A stretch of 64,000 bases of DNA, taken from positions 89 through 64,088 of the forward strand of contig CAIYES010000317.1 in the NCBI GenBank assembly GCA_903925275.1, given 5' to 3'. This DNA is from an uncultured Bacteroidales bacterium (lineage in GTDB: Bacteria; Bacteroidota; Bacteroidia; Bacteroidales; FEN-979). This document shows, in pieces, positions 47,501 through 53,496 of this stretch. Within the stretch, counting starts at the first letter, position 1. The number at the start of each line of letters is the position of its first letter. The notes under the pieces were generated by a model that did no database searches, was not told where the DNA came from, and saw nothing but the letters and a program-made list of their open reading frames with translations. A program made the translations under genes and the position numbers.

Positions 47501-47926
47501 CCGTTTACCGATCTCTTTCCGGGCTTTCATACGCTGAGTTTAAAAGCCTGGGATTTGTTTGACAATTCGGCGGAAAAGGAAATTTCGTTTTTTATCTCCG
47601 CAAATCCCGAACTGACAGTGAACAACGTGATGAATGCCCCGAATCCGATGTCGGATCATACCAACTTTCTTTTTCAACCATATCAACAGGACTTTGGCGG
47701 ACTTGATGTCACAATTCAACTTTATAACCTTAACGGCAAGCAGGTTCGTGTACTTTCCGGAAGTTTTCCTGAACCCGCTTCGACAGGCATTTTACAACTT
47801 CCATATGACGGAACAGATTCGAATGGAAAAAAACTCATCAATGGAATTTATCCTTATAAAATCAGTTTTTCCGGGAAGAATGGCGGTTATTGGGAGACCT
47901 CACAGAAACTTGTGATTATCAGATAA
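44507..47926 (+). CDS. second PorU-like T9SS sortase paralogue (C25 fold)
   Basis: Colinear with the upstream gene at roughly half identical residues by eye. It has YLLLFGDGSYDPK, IGIGRLPV, NYTGHGGETGW, VFVTATCEFSRFDNP and LLGDPAQ. It lacks the ~140-aa N-terminal extension of the first copy. The track start at 44498 is TTG; ATGs lie at 44507 and 44516. Confidence 0.8.
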   Translation: MRTMLLKKIYIFILFLLPALVLAGIPHKNSSVLATGRWYKLAVANTGIHQLTFNDIQSMGVDPGTVDIDKIRIFGNGSGMLSENNTAPRIDDLREIAIQVEDGGDGQFDASDYILFYGEGADKWSFDLANRYFSHQRNLYADSSYYFLNFDQGKGRRVQLFPALTATPNNYSVRFDDYLLHESDNLNLIKSGKEWYGEFFDNAKNSWDIPFYFPNIDSLIPVRLRTSLAANAPTPSYFIISQNGNKIDSLKVDSSNPADFTLAGTSKFKQTTILHPHSDQTITLTYNLPLVNSHGWLNYLELNCSRMLKWVNPQMRFRDYNSVGAGRITEFAMRNANSQVRVWDVTDPSTTLAYETTLTNSVLKFKQATDTLRECIAFDGSYYYPVTYAGEVQNQNLHADEPVDLVIVTNPLFKSQADQLAAFHRQHNGLSVQVVTSTQVFNEFASGQRDPSAIRDYMKMVFDRAGTDNQPRYLLLFGDGSYDPKNRIPGNNNLIPTFQSPESLNSTKSYVTDDYFGILDDNSGQEANGRINLGIGRLPVSDTIQAQTMVDKIIHYSSRNYPVQSDWRNTFTFVADDENNNLHLHQAEELTAIVAANYPLFNVNKIYFDAFKLIEIPGGSRFPDVNPTINDVVAKGSLIINYTGHGGETGWSYEQALTTADINSWNNADKLPVFVTATCEFSRFDNPERFTAGEMVILHPNGGAIALYSTTRLAFAGLNILLDTCFFHHLMDKASDGQYVKMGDLIRISKNNNHNNFQLRNFVLLGDPAQGIAFADNNVRTISVNEQPVNQPDTAKGLSTVTVKGLIEDINGQKITSFDGIVNCKVFDKPMINTTLGNRPGQDGSYPEAFKIQNSILFKGDVPVKSGEFQFSFVMPKGISLQFGKGKLSYYAYNSETDASGYSDQIIIGGKENSVNPENQGPAISLWLNDRSFVSGDKTGSTPILLADLYDTNGINCLGLGIGHEIEAVLDNDHAHALVLNDYFESGFNSYTRGSVTYPFTDLFPGFHTLSLKAWDLFDNSAEKEISFFISANPELTVNNVMNAPNPMSDHTNFLFQPYQQDFGGLDVTIQLYNLNGKQVRVLSGSFPEPASTGILQLPYDGTDSNGKKLINGIYPYKISFSGKNGGYWETSQKLVIIR

Positions 47927-48029
47927 CTGAAAATGAATATAGGTCTAATTTTAAAATAAAGCAATATCTGAATAGTATCAGCGTTATTTTTGCTCCTTAA
48001 AAGAAACAATTAATTTTATATTTCAACAG

Positions 48030-49253
48030 ATGAAGATCCGATTATTTTTACTATTTGCATGTGCATTGGTGATTACGAAAAGCTTTGGACAGAGTAAAGA
48101 ACCATCAGATTATAACGGGGTAATCTCTACAGCTGTGCCGTTTTTAACAATTTCACCTGATGCCCGTTCCGGTGGCATGGGGGATGTTGGGGTTGCAACT
48201 GCACCTGATGCCTATTCCATGTTCTGGAATCCTGCAAAATATGCATTCATTGATAAAACATTCGGTTTTGGTATTGGATATGTGCCCTGGCTGCGCAGCC
48301 TTGTAAATGATATCGGGTTAGCCTCTGTGGTCGGTTTTGGGAAAATTGGCGACAAACAGGCAATTGCTGCATCACTACGTTTTTTTTCCATGGGTGCGGT
48401 TATGTTTACCGACAATGACGGTCATGAACTTGGTGAAGTAAAACCCAACGAGTGGACCATAGATGCCACCTATTCCCGTAAGTTCTCACCCGAATTTTCA
48501 GGTGCAGTGGCCGGCCGGTTTATCTATTCAAATTTAGTTCCGGTCGACCTAGCCAATTTAAGCGTCCGGCCGGGCACCTCAGTTGCGGCTGATGTGGCCA
48601 TTTACTACCATCATGTGATGGATGTGAAAGGAATCTCCGCTGCCTCCATCGATTTCGGCCTTGACATTTCCAATATTGGTGTGAAAATGTCCTACAGTTC
48701 TACATCCATCGTTCGCGATTTTATCCCGACTACACTCCGTTTGGGACCCTCCTTCAGCATGGATATCGACGATTATAACAGGATTTCATTGTCTCTTGAT
48801 CTGAGTAAACTGCTGGTTCCTACGCCTCCTATCTATGCGAAGGATAGCAATAACAACATCATCATTGGTACTGATGGTAAAAAAGTCATTGAAAAGGGAA
48901 TGGATCCTGATGTTTCTGTTGTAAAAGGGATGATTCAGTCGTTCTACGATGCACCATACGGGTTCAGGGAAGAACTCCAGGAAATCAATTTATCGGTGGC
49001 GGCCGAATACTGGTACAATAAATTGTTTTCAGTCCGCGCCGGTTATTTTTATGAATCGAAATACAAGGGCGATCGTCAGTTCTTTACTGTTGGCGCCGGA
49101 TTACGATATAATGTTTTTGGCCTTGACTTCTCATACTTAGTTCCCATCAAAAGCAATAACCCGTTGCAGCACACCCTGCAATTTACACTGTTGTTTAATT
49201 TCGACAATACCAAAAAAGCCACGACCGAAAAAGAAACCGGCGGAACAAATTAA
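48030..49253 (+). CDS. porV: T9SS outer-membrane shuttle/channel protein PorV (LptO)
   Basis: ...AVPFLTISPDARSGGMGDVGVATAPD... is the characteristic PorV N-terminus. It is a FadL-like ~400-aa barrel located directly after porU. Confidence 0.85.
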   Translation: MKIRLFLLFACALVITKSFGQSKEPSDYNGVISTAVPFLTISPDARSGGMGDVGVATAPDAYSMFWNPAKYAFIDKTFGFGIGYVPWLRSLVNDIGLASVVGFGKIGDKQAIAASLRFFSMGAVMFTDNDGHELGEVKPNEWTIDATYSRKFSPEFSGAVAGRFIYSNLVPVDLANLSVRPGTSVAADVAIYYHHVMDVKGISAASIDFGLDISNIGVKMSYSSTSIVRDFIPTTLRLGPSFSMDIDDYNRISLSLDLSKLLVPTPPIYAKDSNNNIIIGTDGKKVIEKGMDPDVSVVKGMIQSFYDAPYGFREELQEINLSVAAEYWYNKLFSVRAGYFYESKYKGDRQFFTVGAGLRYNVFGLDFSYLVPIKSNNPLQHTLQFTLLFNFDNTKKATTEKETGGTN

Positions 49254-49729
49254 TGAGGATAGGCTTTGGTTTCGATACCCACAAGTTAGACGACAACCAT
49301 CAATTCTGGTTGGGAGGGGTGTTGATTCCGCATCTGAAAGGTGCAACAGGCCATTCTGATGCCGATGTGCTCATTCATGCCATCATTGACGCTTTGCTGG
49401 GCGCCGCAGGCCTGCGCGACATCGGAAACCAGTTCCCCGATACCGCATCGGAATTCAAAGGGATCGACAGTAAAATACTGCTTTCGCGAACAATGGAAAT
49501 GATCCTCAAAAAAGGATTCATTGTTGGCAACATCGATACAACCATCGTGCTACAGGAACCCAAAATCAGTCATTTTATCCCTTCGATGGCTGAGGCGCTT
49601 GCAACAGTGATGCAGATCGGCGAGGAACAATTATCCATTAAAGCAAAAACCAGCGAAAAATTAGGCTTCGTCGGAAGAGAGGAGGGCATCTCAGCCTATG
49701 CAGTCGTGTTGCTTGAAAAAACCGGATAA
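49253..49729 (+). CDS. ispF: 2-C-methyl-D-erythritol 2,4-cyclodiphosphate synthase
   Basis: MRIGFGFDTHKL...GHSDADVLIHAIIDALLGA...DIG..FPD. The start overlaps the porV stop (TAATG). Confidence 0.9.
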   Translation: MRIGFGFDTHKLDDNHQFWLGGVLIPHLKGATGHSDADVLIHAIIDALLGAAGLRDIGNQFPDTASEFKGIDSKILLSRTMEMILKKGFIVGNIDTTIVLQEPKISHFIPSMAEALATVMQIGEEQLSIKAKTSEKLGFVGREEGISAYAVVLLEKTG

Positions 49730-49842
49730 TGCGCATATACAAGTGAGTTATCTGAAGGATTTACTTGAAATTCCGCGACACTGTAAACCTGAACGAACTC
49801 ATAGCTGAAAAGGTAACCAAGTTCGTTCCTTACCCCGTTGCC

Positions 49843-49941
49843 TTCATTGTATGCATTGTATGCATTTCCTGCATTGTTTGCATTGTTTGCATTGTTTGCA
49901 TTGTTTGCATTGTTTGCATTGTTTGCATTGTTTGCATTTGG
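49843..49941. repeat. nonamer tandem array, 7 perfect TGCATTGTT units plus 4 variant units
   Basis: Counted from 49843. The reverse complement AACAATGCA belongs to the same family as the (G/A)(G/A)CAATGCA unit at 32837..33043, in the opposite orientation. It lies between ispF and rpsF. Confidence 0.9.
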
Positions 49942-49968
49942 TATTCTGTTTTATTCTTTGTACTTTTG
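49937..49968 (+). promoter_or_regulatory. candidate Bacteroidota promoter for rpsF-rpsR-rplI (-33 TTTG, -7 TACTTTTG)
   Basis: TTTG is at 49937..49940 (the last degenerate repeat unit). A 20-nt spacer precedes TACTTTTG at 49961..49968, 45 nt upstream of the rpsF ATG. Confidence 0.4.
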
Positions 49969-50012
49969 CAGTCCTTTTTAAAAAACCATAAATTAATTAA
50001 AATCAACGAGAA

Positions 50013-50366
50013 ATGTTAAAACAGTACGAAACCGTTTTCATTATGACTCCCGTTTTGTCTGATGAACAGATGAAGGAAACGGTAGATAAGTATCAGAAAT
50101 TCCTCGTCAGCAAAGGTGCTGAGATAGTTCACGAGGACCATTGGGGGTTGCGAAAGCTCGCCTATCCCATTCAGAAAAAGTCAACAGGATTCTATCATCT
50201 GATTGAATTCAAGGCTGATGCTACACTGATCAAAGAATGGGAAGTGACCTTTAAACGCGATGAGCGTATTCTCCGTTTTTTAACGGTTGTTTTTGACAAA
50301 CACATGCTCGCTTACAGCGAGAAGAAACGTGCCAGGTCGAAGGCTGCAAAAGAAGTAAAAGTTTAG
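50013..50366 (+). CDS. rpsF: 30S ribosomal protein S6
   Basis: MLKQYETVFIMTPVLSDEQ...HWGLRKLAYPIQKK..G.Y. Confidence 0.9.
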   Translation: MLKQYETVFIMTPVLSDEQMKETVDKYQKFLVSKGAEIVHEDHWGLRKLAYPIQKKSTGFYHLIEFKADATLIKEWEVTFKRDERILRFLTVVFDKHMLAYSEKKRARSKAAKEVKV

Positions 50367-50390
50367 TAACCATCCAAAAACTGTTTGATC

Positions 50391-50663
50391 ATGGCAACAC
50401 AACAACAAGGCGAGATTAAGTATTTGACCCCTATCGCGGTTGATACCAAGAGAAAAAAATATTGCCGCTTCAAGAAAAGCGGAATAAAATACATTGATTA
50501 CAAGGACGCTGACTTTCTGCTTAAGTTCGTAAATGAACAGGGCAAACTGCTTCCCCGCCGTATTACTGGTACATCCACCAAATACCAGCGGAAAGTAGCA
50601 CAGGCAGTTAAACGGGCCAGGCACATTGCCCTCATGCCCTATGTTGGAGATTTATTAAAATAA
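50391..50663 (+). CDS. rpsR: 30S ribosomal protein S18
   Basis: ...[18 protein letters not shown]...[32 protein letters not shown]. The ATG at 50391 is preferred to the TTG at 50385. Confidence 0.9.
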   Translation: MATQQQGEIKYLTPIAVDTKRKKYCRFKKSGIKYIDYKDADFLLKFVNEQGKLLPRRITGTSTKYQRKVAQAVKRARHIALMPYVGDLLK

Positions 50664-50676
50664 GGAGGCTGGAACC

Positions 50677-51126
50677 ATGGAAGTAATTTTAAAACAAGAC
50701 GTCCTCAACCTGGGCTACTCAAACGAAAAGGTAAATGTTAAGCCCGGATATGCCAGGAATTATCTGATTCCTCAAGGCATTGCAATCCTGGCCACCGAAT
50801 CTAATAAAAAGATTCTGGCTGAGACACTAAAGCAAAAAGCACATAAGGAGGCTAAAATCAGAAAATCTGCCGAAGACTTATCAGAGGGATTGAAGAATCT
50901 GACTGTCAAGATCGGTGCAAAAGCTGCTGAAAGCGGAAAGATTTTCGGATCGGTAAATGCCATTCAGGTCGCACAGGCACTCAAGGAGCAATTCGATTTC
51001 GATGTTGACCGGAAAAAAATTCATGTCGACCACGAACATATCAAAGAATTGGGAACCTACAAAGCCAAAATTCATTTGCACAAGGATGTGCAGGTGGAAA
51101 TCAGCCTGGAAGTTTTTGCAGAATAG
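50677..51126 (+). CDS. rplI: 50S ribosomal protein L9
   Basis: MEVILKQDVLNLGYSNEKVNVKPGYARNYLIPQGIA... Confidence 0.9.
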   Translation: MEVILKQDVLNLGYSNEKVNVKPGYARNYLIPQGIAILATESNKKILAETLKQKAHKEAKIRKSAEDLSEGLKNLTVKIGAKAAESGKIFGSVNAIQVAQALKEQFDFDVDRKKIHVDHEHIKELGTYKAKIHLHKDVQVEISLEVFAE

Positions 51127-51150
51127 TACATGCAGAAAAGTCGTAACTTT

Positions 51151-51182
51151 ATCCCGGGATCCAAACGATCCCGGGATTTTTT
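51151..51182 (+). terminator. intrinsic terminator after rplI
   Basis: atcccggga-tccaaacga-tcccgggat followed by ttttt. The T-run abuts the ATG of the next gene. Confidence 0.7.
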
Positions 51183-52046
51183 ATGCTCTCACAAAACCAG
51201 ATCAAACAGATTACCGCGCTCAAGGTAAAAAAATACCGGGAGGAGTTCAGTCAATTTATTGCCGAAGGTCATAAATTGGTCATGGATATGATTGGCAGCA
51301 GTTATAAGATTGCCGGAATCTATGCATCTGCCGACTGGATTGTTGCAAATATTATCCTGATCCGGGAGAAAAATATACCTGTTTTTGAAACATTGCCCCG
51401 GGAGATGGAAAGACTCACTGCACTTTCTACACCCAGTCCGGTTCTCGCCGTAGTAAACATCCCTAAAAAAAAATTAACAGTATCAACCTTGTTTGATCAC
51501 ATCAGCACATTATCACATCAGCACACCAGCACATTATCACATCAGCACACCAGCACATTAGTTCTAGCCCTCGACGACATACGCGACCCTGGTAATTTCG
51601 GGACGATCATCCGTATTGCCGATTGGTTTGGGATCAACATGGTGCTTTGTTCAGAAAGCTGTGTGGATATATATAATCCAAAGGTTGTGCAGGCCACCAT
51701 GGGTTCGATTGCGAGGGTGAACGTAATTACCGGCGACCTGGCTCAGACACTCACCACCCTGTCAGGGTCAACCACCCTGTCAGGGTCCTCCGGGCGGTTT
51801 CCGGTATATGGCGCCTGTCTTGATGGCGATTCGATATTCTCACAAACCCTCACCGGTCATGGTATCATCCTGATCGGCAATGAATCCCGCGGAATTTCAG
51901 CCGATCTTGCACCCCTTATAACAAAAAAAATCTCGATCCCTTCTTATGGAAATTCATTCTCCGGGAAGGCCGAATCACTCAACGCATCCATCGCCACGGC
52001 CATCATCTGCGCCGAATTCAGGAGAAAACAAATAATTACTAATTAA
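51183..52046 (+). CDS. TrmH/SpoU-family RNA 2'-O-methyltransferase carrying two in-frame tandem-repeat insertions
   Basis: SpoU motifs are LALDDIRDPGNFGTIIRIADWFG, LIGNESRGIS and IPSYG...ESLNASIATAII. The N-terminal substrate-binding-type domain resembles group 3 TrmH proteins. Confidence 0.85.
   Translation: MLSQNQIKQITALKVKKYREEFSQFIAEGHKLVMDMIGSSYKIAGIYASADWIVANIILIREKNIPVFETLPREMERLTALSTPSPVLAVVNIPKKKLTVSTLFDHISTLSHQHTSTLSHQHTSTLVLALDDIRDPGNFGTIIRIADWFGINMVLCSESCVDIYNPKVVQATMGSIARVNVITGDLAQTLTTLSGSTTLSGSSGRFPVYGACLDGDSIFSQTLTGHGIILIGNESRGISADLAPLITKKISIPSYGNSFSGKAESLNASIATAIICAEFRRKQIITN
51498..51560 (+). repeat. in-frame tandem repeat inside the methyltransferase: 24-nt unit cacatcagcacaccagcacattat x2 plus a 16-nt partial copy
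   Basis: It encodes HISTLSHQHTSTLSHQHTSTL and is built from CAGCACA(C/T) sub-units. It sits between the N-terminal domain and SpoU motif 1. Confidence 0.9.
51751..51786 (+). repeat. in-frame 18-nt x2 repeat carrying the palindrome ACCCTGTCAGGGT
   Basis: accctgtcagggt occurs at 51756..51768 and 51774..51786. The repeat encodes TLSGSTTLSGS. The palindrome and period are the same as at 5431..5463. Confidence 0.9.
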
Positions 52047-52072
52047 TAATTACTAATTAATAATTGATAATG
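52031..52072. repeat. 14-nt tandem repeat x3 (AATAATTACTAATT x2, AATAATTGATAATG) overlapping the methyltransferase stop
   Basis: Units are at 52031..52044, 52045..52058 and 52059..52072. The TAA stop at 52044..52046 spans the boundary between units 1 and 2. Confidence 0.85.
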
Positions 52073-52099
52073 GTAAATTATTCATAATTCGCTGATTAT

Positions 52100-52148
52100 T
52101 TGTCATTTGTCATTTGTCATTTGTCATTTGTAATTTGTAATTTGTCAC
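52100..52148. repeat. heptamer array TTGTCAT x4, TTGTAAT x2, TTGTCAC x1
   Basis: Contiguous units from 52100. The unit is the same as the right arm of the 22.6-kb inverted repeat. It lies 32 nt upstream of the next gene. Confidence 0.9.
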
Positions 52149-52179
52149 TATTTTAATTCATCCCTTAACCCTGGCCATC

Positions 52180-53475
52180 TTGAAAACACAACATATTCAC
52201 AGTCTGTTCGCTCCAATATCGTTAACATTTTTTATAGTTTTTATCTGGCTTAATGGTTTCCCTTCCACACTCCGCAATGAAAACATCTGTTATTATCCCT
52301 CTGTTCAAACCATTCAGGTTTTCAAAGAGGGTTTTGAACTGTCGCCCCCTATTATTCAGCTTAACGGTACAGACCGGCTGCAAGTCTCTTTCGACGATCT
52401 TGATCCGGATTTAAAACGTTATAAATACACCATTGTTCATTGTGAATCCGATTGGAAAACCTCCACGGATCTTTCGGTTTCCGATTATATCGCCGGTTAC
52501 CGTGAAGAGAACATTGATCAGTATGCCTATTCCTACAATACCACAATTAAATATATTCATTACAACCTTACCTTTCCTACCGGCAATATGCAGCCGAAAC
52601 TGTCAGGCAATTATATTTTTCTGGTCTATGAAGAGGACACCTCCAATATCGCTTTTACTGCAAGGTTCATGGTGGTTGAGCCTTCGCCGGTGGTTGCCAG
52701 CGGGAGAATCGTCCAAAGTTCACGTATTGTCGACCGCAATGCACGCCAGCAGATCGACTTTGTGGTAAAACTGAATGGCTTTCAGGTTTTTGATGTTGGA
52801 CGTGAAATCAGGATCGTCGTGCAGCAGAATGGAAGGTGGGATAATGCAATCAGGTTGTCAAAACCCCGGTTTGCCCATACCGATGAACTTGATTATCGAT
52901 ACGACGAAGCGATCTCCTTTAACGGAGGCAATCAATTTCGCAACTTTGACATAAAAAGCCTGCTTTACCAGTCAGAAAGAATAGCACGGATTACCTATGA
53001 TACCGCAAGTCAGGTGTATCTGCTTGCCGATCAGCCCCGTACATTCAAGCAATACGCTTTTGAAAAAGATATAAATGGGAGATTTTATATTAAAAACGAT
53101 GAACATGCCGAGAATAGCAGTACCGAAGCGGACTATGCATGGGTTCATTTTTTTTTACCTTATCCTGCGCTTATTACAACCGGTGAGTTCCATCTTCTTG
53201 GCGAACTAACTGCCTGGCAACTGAGTAACAAAAGCCGGTTAAAATTTAACTTCGATCGTAAGGGATATGAACTTGACCTTTTCCTGAAGCAGGGATATTA
53301 CAATTATCTCTATGTAATAAAAGAAAAAGACAAGTCAATTGGTGACGAATCGCTCATTGAAGGAAATCATTGGGAAACTGAAAACGATTACACGATTTAC
53401 GTCTATTTTCATGAAACCGGTTCACAGTACGACCGGCTGATTGCTGTGAACTTTCTCAATACCATCCAACCCTGA
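52180..53475 (+). CDS. DUF5103 / T9SS plug-like protein
   Basis: IQVFKEGFELSPPIIQLNGTDRLQVSFDDLDPDLKRYKYTIVHCESDWKTS... matches my memory of the N-terminal signature of the DUF5103 (T9SS_plug) family, and the ~430-aa length fits. It has a TTG start with no in-frame ATG near the 5' end. Confidence 0.5.
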   Translation: MKTQHIHSLFAPISLTFFIVFIWLNGFPSTLRNENICYYPSVQTIQVFKEGFELSPPIIQLNGTDRLQVSFDDLDPDLKRYKYTIVHCESDWKTSTDLSVSDYIAGYREENIDQYAYSYNTTIKYIHYNLTFPTGNMQPKLSGNYIFLVYEEDTSNIAFTARFMVVEPSPVVASGRIVQSSRIVDRNARQQIDFVVKLNGFQVFDVGREIRIVVQQNGRWDNAIRLSKPRFAHTDELDYRYDEAISFNGGNQFRNFDIKSLLYQSERIARITYDTASQVYLLADQPRTFKQYAFEKDINGRFYIKNDEHAENSSTEADYAWVHFFLPYPALITTGEFHLLGELTAWQLSNKSRLKFNFDRKGYELDLFLKQGYYNYLYVIKEKDKSIGDESLIEGNHWETENDYTIYVYFHETGSQYDRLIAVNFLNTIQP

Positions 53476-53496
53476 CGAATTCACAAAAACCCCAAA

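Noticed and set aside
49765-50019. 84-aa ORF containing (CIV)n.
   Set aside because: This is a translation of the TGCATTGTT array in an intergenic promoter region. It has no other coding features and runs into the rpsF start.
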